This document shows, in pieces, positions 51,346 through 64,000 of a stretch of 64,000 bases of DNA (position 1 is the stretch's first letter; each line of letters begins with the position of its first letter). This DNA comes from Gekko japonicus (lineage: Eukaryota): positions 1-64,000 of the forward strand of contig NW_015170299.1 of the NCBI RefSeq assembly GCF_001447785.1, given 5' to 3'. Made by a program: the position numbers and the translations under genes. The notes under the pieces were generated by a model. The model was not told where the DNA came from and did not search any database. It was given only the letters and a program-made list of their open reading frames with translations.

Positions 51346-52902
51346 ATCCCCGTATAGGGGTGTGTGTGTCATTTATGAGAACCACTGGCGAATGTAGTAG
51401 CGGAGCGGTTTTAAGTGCCTGGTTTGAAAATTCAGGAGATGCCTCTAAAGTTTGCCTTGCCTTTTGTTGCACCATTTCAAAAAATGAAACCTATAGATAG
51501 ACCCAACGAAATTTAGCAAGAATGTATACTTCATGCAGCTCAGTGCTGTGCAGTATTGCTGAGGAGTAACTCTCATTTCAGTGAGATTTACTAAGAATTA
51601 CAGTGTGGAGAAACCGCCCCTCCCCATTCTGAGTTTTTAAGGTGTTCCTGGTTTTTTCCTCTTCTCCCTGGAAGGGCAGGAAGCTAGGGCAATTACCTGC
51701 TATAGTTATGTAAATGGATTTATTTGCAAAGGAACTGAGGGATTTGGTGTTAGGAATCTCCAGGTGACTCCTGGAGATTTCCCAGGATGCACCTGGGTGT
51801 CCCAGGGTCCACTTGGGTGACCTGAGTGGACCAGGGCAAAAGGGGGTGGAGAGTGATGTAGAATGGGTGGAGTCAGAGGTTTAATAAAAGTTCTTGCTCT
51901 CAGGAGGGAGGGTCTCTCTGGACTCTTGGGGCTGATCTTTGGGAGAGGACAGAGGGCTGTAGTCCAGTCTAGATGCAACTAAGGCATGGATCACTGGCTA
52001 GATCTGACTGACCTAGAAATGGATGCTGTTGGCGTGCCAGTCAAAGCTTGGCAAAAGCACTCCAAACCACTGGTTTTCAAAGGAGCCCTCTGGTTTCCAA
52101 AGGTTTCTGCTGTGCTGAGCAGCTCTTCCAAACTGTGAACCTAGCTTTTCAAGTGAAGCATAACCCCATCCCATGTTTTCTTTATGTCGAACTTAATGCT
52201 CTTTACTATTAAACCAAAGTAAATAGCAACCCTGTAAACATGCACATCTGGAACTGTAAGCATATATACAATTTGAAACTTTCCTGGTTTAATTTGTGCT
52301 TGATGCACTAGGCTTTTTAACTTCCATAGTGGTTATGTCACCAGTGTGAAACATACTCCCTACCTGTGGTTAACAATGGGGGCCCTGTCATGATATCCTG
52401 TAGTATGCACTACAGAATAACAGATTAAAGCCAGCTGGACTACAGAGATGCACCTGCCAAACTGCAAGCTGGAGAACTGACTCTCAAGCTTCTCTTGCAA
52501 GGTGATGTTTTGTCAAATTCCTCAAGGCTGTGACAGCCCCAAGGAGTCTTCCAAATGGAACAACAGACTTTGCTTGGGCTTCCAGGTCATCTGCTGTGGC
52601 AAGAGATCCTCTTTTTGTACCTCCCATATCCTTGTTTTAAATCATTAAATGATTATGGCTCTACAGGTTTAGGGAAAGTTTGCTCCAATCAAGGATCTGT
52701 AGTGTTTCCACAAAGCCTTTGGTAGCAAAAAGAAGCACACAATAAGCCATATGTTAATATAAGCTTTATACGTTAAAATTGTGGTGGTGAGAGGGTGATT
52801 ATAGCTCCTTCAGGAATATCAGGAGCAACACTCTCTATCGCACAGGCCCAACAATTACCCCTATTTGTTGCTTGCATGTGTTTTAAAAATTAGGTCCAAC
52901 AA

Positions 52903-54699
52903 GTTCCAGTTTTGGCGATCGCCTTGGCAGCAGCTTTCTCCTGGACCTCCAGGAGAAGCCTACCAGCGCCCAGGGTTGGGAGGGGGTGCGATTGTCCATG
53001 CCACCCCAGGAGCCCAGGAGAAGGGCTCCCAGCCACGGGGCGCTAGAGAGCCCCCCCCAGCGAGAAAAGCCAGCGAGGGGGGGCTACTCCAAGCCCCAAT
53101 GGTCCCACCGTGGAGTGTCCCGCATGGGAACAAGATCAGCACACCGGATCAAGCGTTTGGTGATCAAGTGATATTGGACACAGGCAAGCGATGGTTGAAA
53201 ATGTGAGTTTAAGTACAAGCGAGACAACGAAAAAACGCAGGGCCCTCCCAAAATAAAACGAGGGGACAACAACTCCTCTCTGTTAAGAACTGTTTACAGG
53301 TGATTTAAGCTACAAAAGGGGGGGCTGTCACAAAAAGCGATTGGAATAAAATAGACTGTAAGAGCTTACCGCGTTATAAAAGAACTTCCAGAGACTTTGA
53401 CAAACTTTTGATAAAAGTAAACAATTCTCAAACATGGCGCCGCTGACAGCGAAGGACTCTAGAGACAAACAAGCGAAAGCAAAGATTCTTCCCGGAAGCT
53501 CCAGCCTTGCGAGTTCTGCTTCTAGGCAGGACTCTACAGCGGAACTTCAAAGGCTCTTGTCGGAAGCACTTCGCCCCCTTTTGGAAAAAATTACGGCAAT
53601 TGATAACAAGCTGGATACACAGCAAGCACAAATGACTACAAATACGCAGAAAATAGAAAAAACAGAGCTCAAAGTGATTGATACCAACTCAAAAAAGATG
53701 GACAAAAAACTGCAGGCACTTGAAAAAAGTGCCAAATTGAAGAGTCTTGAGTACTATAGCTACAAATGGAAAGAGCAAGCTATGTCTTGAGACTTCAAGG
53801 GATCTAGGAAGAGAAAGGAGAGAATCTGAGACAGATTGTTAGCGATGCGCTTGCACCCGGAGCAGAGATGACATTGGATCAACTTCAAAGCAAAATAGAT
53901 ACATATTCAGAATTTATTAGAAGGAATAATCTGCCAGGGGAAGTTACAATAAGATTCTCTCGAAGAAAAGTGAGCTATCAACTATTGAAAGCATCTAATG
54001 GAGCTACCTTGAAGATAAAAGACAAAGATATAAGAATACTGAAAGATGTTCCATTTGAGATAAGAGGGAAAAGAAGGAAATATAGACTTGACTCTATTTC
54101 TACAAAAGCATGATGTTGCCTACAAATGGTTAACACCCGAGGGTCTAATCTTCAGATATGCAAATGGTAAAGAAAGGATTGACTCTGTTGAAAAGGCTTG
54201 TGAATTTTTGCGTCAACATAGCAGTCCAACAGGAGAAGGTGTGACCAGTGATGCCAAAGACAGCGAGGAAGAAGGAGATGCTGGAACCTCTGAGGAATAC
54301 TCTGACTCTAAATTGGGGGTGGCAGGTCCTAAACAAGGCTATCAGTTGAGACACAGAAAAGGGGGAAAAATAGATTATCAATGTGCTCTGGAATATCTAA
54401 AAAGTAGTTTAATGTATAACGTTCTACAATCTTTTTATGAAATGAGAAATGTTGATGAAACAGTTATGTTTAATTAGATAGATGATCATTTTCAACGAAA
54501 GTTAACTTGTGTTTAAGTTTAAAGGTAAATGTGTAAACGTATGTATGATCACCATCTCTTGGGTTTTTAGAGGGTTTTCTTTACTTTCTCCTATAGATGA
54601 AATATAGACTTTCTCCTTCCCTGGATTTTCTGTTTGTAGTTTTTAGTGTGTAATTATTAGAAAATGCAATAAAAAAACACCCCCTTTGGGGGAAACAAA
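52903..54699 (+). mobile_element. Complete ORF1-only L1-derived element (HAL1-like), about 1.8 kb
   Basis: TTTT/AAAA site at 52881-52888 and TSD AAAAATTAGGTCCAACAA (52885-52902) / AAAAATATGTCCAACAA (54700-54716). GC-rich 5' UTR, frameshifted ORF1p-like frame from 53434 to about 54380, AATAAA at 54668 plus A-rich tail, and no ORF2. Confidence 0.8.
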
Positions 54700-56869
54700 A
54701 AAAATATGTCCAACAATCAGCAAATTAGGCAGCACAGCTTCCTGCCATGCCCATGTATGCTGTGCATCAGTGGTAAATCTTGTTCTCCAGGAACTTAACA
54801 CACAATGAAGACATGCTGCAATAGCAATCATCCCAGCGCTGATCTATACTTTTTCTTTACCCATTAGGCATCAATATAATTATGAAATAAGACATCAGTA
54901 TTTACCCTGAGAAACAGCTTGTTCCCTTTGGAGACAGTGAAGACAAACCATTGTCTCATGATTGATACCCTGGACTCTTATCACTGTGACTCCTGTCACA
55001 TTGCTGAGGACAGGAAATAACCTTCAGTCTCAAAACAGCACCATGGAATACAACAGGAAAATTTAAGCACTGCAAGCAAGGATATGACCATAACCTCTCT
55101 CCACCCTTGCCAACTAGCTCTTTCTTCTAACAGTTCCATCTGAAGCATTTTGTTTGGCTACTGGCATAAATCTCTAGTGCCACTGCACCATCTGTTGGGT
55201 TGGCATTTCAGGGTACTGAATATCTCTTTTAGACGACAGGGTGGCAGCTGATAGCTGAGGAAGCTGTAAGCTATTTTGTGCACCTATTCTTAAAGCTTAC
55301 AATAGAAGAAATCATTTAGCATTTTTACTGATAGTATTTATTGTGTTATAGGCCCTGGGCATACTGTTCTTTGCAGCGACATCACAATTGTCTTTGGCTC
55401 AAGAAGTATATTCCAATTTGGCCCTTTGTAATCTCTCTGTCCATAAGTTTTTGAAATGCAAGTCCTAATAAAGCCTGAACAAATGTGTTCTTCCTGACAA
55501 TGTTGACCACCAGGCTTCTTATAAATCAAACTCATATCAAATCTATGTTGACCTCTCAGTATCTCTGTGCAGAATAAGGTTTTGTGGTAGTCTGCTTCAC
55601 CAATCTAATTTAAATTGTGGCCAGCTAGTGAACTTAATCTGCAGTCTCATGATGAGTAAACATGGTGCATTTTCTTATGCTACTAGACATCAGGCCTGGC
55701 TACTTAATGTCCTGCTTCCTGGATATTTAAGAACTGCCCCTCCAACTACCCACCACCATTCATTAAGGCATCCTTACCACAAGAACTGGTAGAGTGCAGG
55801 GCTAGGAACCTGTAGCCTTGATCCTGTGGCATTCTCTCCTCAAGAGGTCCACTCATAGTCCTCATGCTGTTAGAAGACCCTCTCAGTCTCCCTTTTACAG
55901 AAAAGTTTTAATGATATGTTGTAAACATAACAGTGCTAATTCTTTGCCTTATTAAGACTGTAATACTTCCATAATTATCAAAATATTTTACTAGTTTTTA
56001 ATAATTTTGAATTGGCTTGGCTGAATACTTGAGAAAAACAGCACAGAAAATTGTAAAAAAATGAAGATTAAAGGAAAACCATGAAGACAGAACCCTCTCC
56101 TTGGATTTCAAGGAAATTGAATTACTCTTTAAGCAATATATTTTGCCTAGGAACTGGCTATCAGGATATTTCAGAGTTGGATTTCAGGAAGGGTGTAAAT
56201 ACTGGTATTTTGGTCTCCCAGTACTGTTTTAGATTATGGTTTTCCTTGGATTCTGGAATTTGGGTTCCATTAATCCCCATGAGGGACTTTGGGGGGGTGG
56301 GGCAGGGCTGGAGGGGTGCTTTTTAACTAAATGACACTAAAATAGCAGGGGAGCTAGTGGTGTCTGTCTAGTAATGACGCCCCCCATTCAAGCAAATTAG
56401 ACAAAGGGGTCCAGTTTCACAGCCTTCTGAACAAAGTGCCCCTAGTCACCTACTAGCAGAGGTACAGACTGGGAAGGAGAAACAGCCCTGCAAAAGGGCC
56501 AGGCCCCCAAAAGTAGGGAGATAAGGAGCCAAGCAGACTCAGAGCTCTTCTGAACCCTGTGCCTGGCTCATGCCAGCTGGCAGCTGCCTTTCCCAAGCCA
56601 GGTAAGATTCATGATGGACAGGAGATACCTTCTTGCTGCCCGGTAATTTTCAAGAAATATAGGGAACCCAGGCACTGGTATTCCCAGAAATTCTGAATAT
56701 TATTCCAGGTACCCATGTTTTCCCGAAAAATACTAATAAAGTATTTTTCAGGTATATAGTCATACCAGATATATGACTATACCCCATAGCAAAACACACA
56801 TCCCTAGTTGTGTCCAGATGAACAGAAACATATTTTGCACAGCCCACTTTAGAACATTGTATAGCTTGG

Positions 56870-56940
56870 CAGATTCCTTCCAAGAATATTTTTAAGAAGA
56901 ACCTGCAGTATTAGAAGGTGAAGTGAAAGCTGCACTCAAA
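56870..56940 (+). mobile_element. Short RTE-type LINE fragment
   Basis: GAAGAACCTGCAGTATTAGAAGGTGAAGTGAAAGCTGCACTCAAA (EEPAVLEGEVKAALK) resembles the RTE ORF segment just upstream of the RT domain. Confidence 0.5.
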
Positions 56941-58812
56941 GGAAGGTTGGGTGATGCTGAAAAATGAAGTGTTCCAGTAAGAAAGAAAGGTGGGAGACGG
57001 GCAATGAAGCCAAGGTAGCTGAACAAGGAACTCTCTGAAGAGCTGAGACTAAAAAGGGAAATGTATAGGAAATGGAAGGAGGGACAGATTACTGAGGGTG
57101 AGTACAAGAAGCAGGCTCGAATCTGTAGGGATGGTGTCAGAAAGGCTAAAGCGCAGATGGAGCTGAGGCTTGCGAGGGATGCTAAAAATAAGAAAAATTT
57201 CTATGCCTATGTTCGGAGCAAAAAGAACAACAGTGATGGGGTAAGCTCATTGCTGGGGAAGACGGTCAAGCCTTAACAAGGGATTAAGACAAAGCGGAAT
57301 TACTCAACTCTCACTTTGCGTCGGTCTTTAACCATAAGGCGAGCTATATACAAACTGGAGAATGCAGGGCATATGAAGAAAGGAGGAACTGCCGGTCCAG
57401 AGTAAGTAAGGAAATGGTTAGAGAGCATCTAGCTGCCTTAAATACTTTCAAATCTCCAGGGCCGGATGGCTTGCATCCCAGGGTGCTAAAAGAAACTGCA
57501 GATGTTATTTCAGAGCCTCTGGCTCTAATCTTTGATATGTCCTGGAGTACTGGTGTTGTGCCGGAAGACTGGAGAAGAGCGAAAGTTGTCCCAATCTTCA
57601 AGAAGGGAAAAAAGATGGACACATGAAATTACAGGTCTGTCAGTTTGACATCAATACCTGGGGAAATTCTACAGCAGATTAAACACTCTGTGAGCACCTT
57701 GAATGGAATGAGTTAATTAGTAGTAGCCAACATGGGTTTATCAAGAATAAGTCATGCCAGACCAACCTTACCTCCTGTTTTGACAGAGTTACTAAAATGG
57801 TTGACTCTGGCAATGCTGTGGATATAGTGTATCTAGATTTCAGTAAAGCATTTGACAAAGTTTCTCATGATATCCTTGAGGATAAACTGGTTAAGTGTGG
57901 GCTGGATGGTGCAACTGTTGGATGGATTCATGGTTGGTTGAAAAATTGTACCCGAGTGCTTGTAAATGGGTCTACGTGGAGGGAAGTCTCGAGTGGAGTG
58001 CCGCAGGGCTCAGTCCTAGGCCCGGTGTTGTTCAATGACCTGGAGAAAGACATAGGGGAGATGCTCATCAAATCTGCAGATGACATGAAGCTGGGTGGGA
58101 TAACTAATTCTGAAGAAGACAGAGTCAGGATTCAAAATGATCTAGATAGGCTGGAACAGTGGGCTGAGACAAATAAAATGAATTTCAATAGAGATAAGTG
58201 CGAAGTCCTACACTTAGGGACAAAAAAAATCAAAGGCACAGATATAGAATGGGAGGGACTTGGCTTGACAGCAGCACCTGTGAAAGGGATCTAGGTGTTC
58301 TGGTTGATCACAAGCTAAACATGAGCCTGCAGTGCGATGTGGCTGTGAAGAAAGCTAATGCAATCTTAGGATGCATTAACAGAAGCACTGTGTCCAGATC
58401 ACGGGAGGTGGTTATTCCGCTGTATTCTGCTATTGTCAGGCCTCACCTGGAGTACTGTGTCCAGTTTTGGGCACCACATTTTAGGAAGGATGTTGACAAG
58501 CTCGAGCGTGTCCAGAAGAGGGCAACCAGGATGGTGAGAGGGTTGGAACCCAAGTCTTATGAGGAAAGGCTGAAAGAGTTGGGTATGTTTAGCCTGGGAA
58601 AGAGAAGGCTTAGAGGGGACATGATTGCAGTCTTCAAGTATTTGAAGGGCTGTCATGTAGAAGATGGAGTGGATCTATTCTTTCTTGCTCCGGATTGCAA
58701 GATTAGGTCTAATGGGTGGAAATTACAAGGGAGTCGTTACCGGCTAAATATCAGGAGAAACTTCCTAACTAAGAGTGGTTGAGCAGTGGAACAGTCTGCC
58801 TCGGGAAGTGGG
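56941..58812 (+). mobile_element. CR1 LINE internal fragment, truncated at both ends; same subfamily as 1-3378
   Basis: Closely matches about 1300-3218 and lacks the terminal (ATTCTATG)n 3' end. Confidence 0.93.
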
Positions 58813-60324
58813 GGACAATTGTTACAGGAGGCTGCTGTACATGTATGTGTGGGGTGAATAATACTGTAATAAATCCACACGTACTTTGTTCCCCAGCTTT
58901 TAAAATGTCAGAAAAAATGTTTTCATTGAGGAATCTGTTTTTGTTTTGACTGATGGGCTTTTTCTGTATAACACACTACAGTTTCATACACAGAGGCAGC
59001 TGAAGTAAAAGTTTCAAGTCATATTTAATAAAAATTAATCCAACAATGAATCTGATTGTACTGTAAAAATACGTCTGTTTTTGTGCACATCTGGCACTTC
59101 ATAGAATTTTATTTGGATAAGCACATTTACTAGTTACATAAAACAGGGTAAACCACAGCAGAATCAAAAGTTAGTAGGACAAAATACAGCTATAAACATT
59201 TGTGTTTAAGTACTGCATTGTTCTTCCACTTGAGAGTAATTGTTGAGAAAAACAGCCATAGGGTGAGTACCCCTGCAAGATCCCCAGCAACATTTGTCCA
59301 GGAGGTAGCATATGCTGTGTTGACTCTGAAAAGCACAGGCTTCTCTTGGCTGTAAACATTTCTGGAGCAGGAGATAAAAGTATCTGGAGTACAGCAGATG
59401 AGGTTCCTGGTAGGGTGATGGACCCATGTAAAATTATTTGAACATAACTTTAGAAATGAGCATAGTAGCAACACTGAAAATGCATGTAGCTTGAAGAGTT
59501 ACAGAACAGAGAGTTAGAAAATGTATGTATTAAAAATGCTGAGTAAACAGATTCCCCTTTGTTGATATTGACAAGTTTTTTCCTCTGCCTAAATTTTTAG
59601 TATGCTTGTAGTGGAAATTATTCACTTAAATATTTAGGAACACAAACTGTTTCAAAATGATTTGTACACAGTGTATAAACACTACCCTGATGACTTTTAA
59701 TAAAGAGCTTTCAGCCTCTTGCTATATATAGTTTTCTCAGGAGTGCAACAAAAATAGTCTTTAATGCCTTGATTAACATAGCAGACATTTCAGAGTTTTA
59801 ATACAGCAGATCAATGTTTTTAAGTTTAACATATTTTTCAATATATATACACATATATACAAAACATTTTACAGTTCATATGCAAAAAACAGTTTAAAAG
59901 TATTTATAGTGACTGGTCTCTTGTGGTTCCTAGTGACTGGTTCTGTAATCCCATCTTCATGATTAAGCTTTGATATTTTATACAATGATGTAGAAGAAAC
60001 AGTAGCTTTTCATGACTTCATCAATTAACTGAACAGATCCCCCAATGCAGCAAAGGCGTTATGTACAGTTTTCATAGTGCACTTTCACCTCACTGAAGTA
60101 AAAGTTGCTCCTATTAGAAATTTTTCCACTTCAATGTGAAGCAGATGGATTTTTAGTGGTTATAGCAAACAGTACTGAAGGTCTAGTCCTCTTCTGTCAA
60201 AACAGTTCTTCTTAAAAAGAAGTGTCATTTTCAAAGTAGTACACTGTTGAGAGCTATCGGAAGGGCTTTTTTAGCCAACACAATTACATACGCACGCATA
60301 CACGTACTATGTTCTCCAAGAATG

Positions 60325-60357
60325 TCAGTGCAGCTGTAATAAATAAGCATCCACATC
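60325..60357 (-). CDS. KATNBL1: Katanin regulatory subunit B1-like 1, last coding exon
   Basis: TTTTTAG|DVDAYLLQLH-TGA, the KATNBL1 C-terminus; candidate AATAAA at 59108-59113 (minus strand). Confidence 0.9.
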   Translation of the reverse strand, partial: DVDAYLLQLH

Positions 60358-61665
60358 CTAAAAAGTAGAAGAGGAAAGTCAATTACATTAATTCAAAGGA
60401 AATCATGGCACACAGTAAAAGCGTAGGTAGGCTACTCCTGATCCTTTACACCTCTAAAGACTTTTGCCTAGTGGTGCTTGCCCCCAGACATGAAGCACAT
60501 TTTCAGGATTATTCATCCACACTGATATTTCTAGAATGATTTAGTGGACTGTACTGTACAGGAATGTCTGATCTTGCTCAAGTAACATTTTCTTCTAAAA
60601 ATCCACATGGATGGCAGATCCTGTCCCTGTCCTAACATAGGTACCTAGGGATAAAAATCACACCTAAGCATTCTCATGGAGTTAAGTGTTGCACACTGGC
60701 TGGTGCACTGCCTCTTCTGATGTACAAGGCTCTTTAGAGTGGGCTGTTGAGTTACTATAGAACATTAAGCACAATTTTTCCGCAAGCATCCTACTCATTC
60801 TTCCAGCAACAGATGCTTTTGCAGGAAGGAGACAGAATTGCACACATGCTGGGAAATCTCCCTGTCTCCTCCATATGCCCTCCTATATTGCTCATGCTAG
60901 AACAGCACGAAGGCCATGGGTCAGAGCTATCAGAGAAACTCAGGAACATGCTTCTTTTGTTGTCTGCATTCCCACCAATCCCAAAAGCATCAGAGAGCAG
61001 ATAAGACAGCAGACACACCCAGCTGTGTGTGTCGACCAGGACAGATTCTCCCCTCTTCCCCATGCCTGACTCTCCATGTGTTGGCGCAGCATACTCGCTA
61101 AAACAGGTTAGGACTCAGGAAGCCCTCAATACAACTCAATAAATGCTGCTTTGTCATGAGCTCACCAGAAGATCTTAGAAAAGCCTCTCTCTGGCTCAGT
61201 CCCCATTCTTATGGAGACAATATAACTGACCTATTTTCCAGGATTGTTTTAAAGTTAAAGTTACTCTTGGCTCTTCTCTAATAATCCAGAAAACAAATTC
61301 ATTCTATTTAAAAAATTTCCTTTCCTCCGGAACATGTTGTTTCCAAAACGAAGCCCAAGCACACAAAGAAAACAAGATGGGTAGGGGTAGCACTAAATCC
61401 TGGGCCAACATCATGGAAAAGACACAGGAAGGAACGTACAAAACAGAATGATGATCAGGCAAAGAACCAAGGGACAAAAAAAACTGAGCTAAAGGAGAAG
61501 AGAACTGATGCACAAAGGCACAAGCTAGATGTATTTCGACTGTCCCAATGAGTCACCATGAAAGGTGACAATAGGCAAGTCTGATAAGGTGATAAAAAGA
61601 TAAGCTAACACAATGTCTCCTGCGCCATGTCCAGATAAAAAAAATAGGGTGACATATTAACACTA

Positions 61666-61997
61666 AAGGTAAAGGTTTCCCTTGCTCAAAAGCCAGTCGA
61701 ATCCGACTCTAGGGTGCGGTGCTCATCTCCGTTTCCAAGCCGAAGAGCCAGCGCTGTCCGAAGATGTTTCCATGGTCATGTGGCCGGCATGACTAGACGC
61801 CAAGGTGTACAGAACACTGTTACCTTCCCACCAAAGTGGTACCTATTTATCTACTTGCAATTTATTGCTTTCGAACTGCTAGGTTGGCAGGAGCTGGGAC
61901 CAGAGACGGGAGCTCACTCCGTCATGTAGCACTCAGGTCTCGAACTGCTGAACTACCGCCTTTCCGGCCTGCAGTTCAGCGTCTTAACCACTGAGCC
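61666..61997 (-). mobile_element. Sauria SINE
   Basis: Reverse-complement match to 34446-34784; AAAGGTAAAGGT tail on the + strand. Confidence 0.85.
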
Positions 61998-62177
61998 TGA
62001 TATCTAAATAGTCAATTTGAGTTTCCAACTGACTAATTCACTGAATATATTTTAAACAAATTATTTTGTTTTTTTTAATATATTTTAAACAAATATATTT
62101 TAAACAAGCAGCTTGCTATCAAATTTGTATAACCTGTTAATTATTTTGGTTAATAAATATCATTGAAAATAGGTTAC

Positions 62178-62271
62178 CTTTGCTATGTTACCCGTATATC
62201 CTGGAACCAAAGTAAGATGATTTTCTTGTCCCCACAATCCACATAATTGTTGTTTTAAAATCTGAATATTT
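62178..62271 (-). CDS. KATNBL1: KATNBL1 penultimate exon
   Basis: TAG|[32 protein letters not shown]|GTAAC, 94 nt. Confidence 0.92.
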
Positions 62272-62624
62272 CTAGTAGAAAAAGAAATAGATATGGAATG
62301 ATACATGTCAGCTCAGCATGTACTATAGTCAAAAAGAAATTAAGAGTTTCTTTTCAGCTAGCCATATTATTTGGCTTTTATTCAGGCGCAGCTATGAGAA
62401 GGCATTTAAAGACGAGTGAGCTCAGAACTCCCTCCCCCTGAAAGTAATGGAGGATGGGGGCACCTTCTTTGGCGGCCCATAGAATTGGACCCCCTGGTCC
62501 TATCTTTTTAAAACCTGCTGGGTTTTTTGAGGAGAACACCAGCATCCACCTCAAAAAACAGCTCCCCCAGAGCCCCAAATCAATTCTCCATTATACCCTA
62601 CAGGGACCAATGGGGACCATAGGG

Positions 62625-63330
62625 TATAATGGAGATTTATATCCTGCCCTACTCCACAAGCAGGCTCAGAGAGGCTCACAACATATCAGCAATTGAACAG
62701 ATCCATAAAAACACTGAATCATTAAAAACATTAATTCCAACAATTTAACACTTAAATACCTAATTAAAATTACCTGACAGGCAGCTCGGCAGTTGGTAAT
62801 ATCCTAGCATACACTGAGTTTATGCCAGGGAAGGCAGTGGATTACTCTGATGGAACAGCTCAGCCACTCCTGGCACCAATAAATGTAACATTGCCATGGA
62901 GTCATTGAGGCTGATGTTCCTTGATGTCTGCTGCCTTAACCAAAGGCCTGGCAGAACAGCTCTGATTTACAGGCCCTGCCGTATCACAACAGATCCTGCA
63001 CAGCCCTGATCTTAGTTGGGAGTATGTTTCACCAGGGCTGAAAAGGCCCTGGCCCAAGCAAGACAAACATCTTTTGGGCTGGGGACTATAAGGCAGTGTT
63101 GGCCAGAAGAGTGCAAGGCTCTTCGGGGCATATATAGGGAGAAATGGTCCCACAGGTATGCTGGTCCGTGGCCGCATAAAGCCTTAAAGGTTAGTACCAT
63201 AACTTTGAATCTGACTTGGTAATCAACTGGTATCAACAGTTGGCACAAGACTGGCTGAATGTGCGCCCACACAGACATCCCAGTCAGCATTTTCTACCCG
63301 CTGAAGCTTCTGAATCAGGTTCAAGGGTAG
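62625..63330 (-). mobile_element. L2 LINE 3' fragment
   Basis: HIQPVLCQL..VRFKVMVLTFKAL-GHGPAYL remnant, homologous to 44130-44460. Confidence 0.75.
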
Positions 63331-63605
63331 GACTAAAACACTCCCCCCACACACACAAATTCTGGTATACTAAAAAGCACACCCTGTAGAATAACTGAAC
63401 CAAAAATCAAATAAATGTTTGCAGCATGAACGTCTAATTTTGACTTTGTTTATTCTTCCAAGCAATAACAAGTTTATGAAAACTACATATTCACACTCTG
63501 CAAGTATAATTCCAACTCCCTGCTTAGGAGTCAATGTAACTTAAAATACAAGTATTACATTAAATGCTACACATTGTAATAATAAGCTTAAGATGTGCGA
63601 CTTAC

Positions 63606-63695
63606 CCATCCTCTATCTTTTCTGTATGGGCAGAAAGTTCTGACCACCATCTTTTAATCACAGCCTGCAGCCAATTTAAACCAACTACCACATAT
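63606..63695 (-). CDS. KATNBL1: KATNBL1 internal exon
   Basis: CAG|[31 protein letters not shown]|GTAAG, 90 nt, phase 2-2. Confidence 0.92.
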
Positions 63696-63761
63696 CTGGA
63701 ATAGAAGATTTTAGTGTTATAACAAAATACCCACTACTCCTAAGGCAACTGGGCTTTTTCT

Positions 63762-63966
63762 GCTTATTTAATTCATTTATTCCCAATCTTTCTTTCCAAT
63801 GGGGACTCAAAGCTGCTTACCCCATTCTTCTCTTCTCAATTTTATCCTCACAATTTGGAGAGGTGGGTTAGGCCCTGTTACTGATCCCTAGTCACCCAGC
63901 AGGCTTTCCATAGCAGAATGGGGATTCGAACCTGGGTGTCCTAGATCCTAGTCTGACAATCTAACC
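63762..63966 (-). mobile_element. tRNA-derived SINE
   Basis: B-box GGTTCGAATCCC on the minus strand; body shared with 44744-44878. Confidence 0.65.
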
Positions 63967-64000
63967 CAGGCCCCAAGAATTCCAGGTGCCACTGTGACCT

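Noticed and set aside
53434-54477. Domesticated L1TD1-like host gene
   Set aside because: Multiple frameshifts and stops, and TSD plus poly(A) boundaries, indicate a decayed mobile copy.
51000-58000. PGBD4 ortholog expected from the human gene order
   Set aside because: No piggyBac transposase-like ORF is visible; only L1 ORF1-like, RTE and CR1 remnants.

Overview
Vertebrate genomic DNA, most likely a squamate reptile; the repeat content (Sauria SINEs, Squam3-like SINEs, CR1, L2, hAT MITEs) suggests a gecko-like lizard. The window covers the conserved AVEN(-) / CHRM5(+) / EMC7(-) / KATNBL1(-) block: AVEN coding exon 1, the intronless CHRM5 CDS, all five EMC7 exons and the last three KATNBL1 exons. 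Between CHRM5 and EMC7 lies an extra two-coding-exon gene on the minus strand. It encodes a 281-aa signal-peptide + fibrinogen-related domain (FReD) protein ending in KDEL, so it is a candidate ER-resident fibrinogen-domain protein. Notable mobile DNA: two related non-autonomous Helitron-like elements carrying hAT-MITE pieces and octamer/CCAAT cassettes, a complete TSD-flanked ORF1-only L1 (HAL1-like) element, a solo LTR nested in a MITE terminus, a promoter-motif-rich MITE with a triplicated target site, and two CR1 copies sharing one frameshift. A 33-N assembly gap lies at 49157-49189. Gene and repeat-family names rest on recalled sequence and motif recognition, not on database searches.
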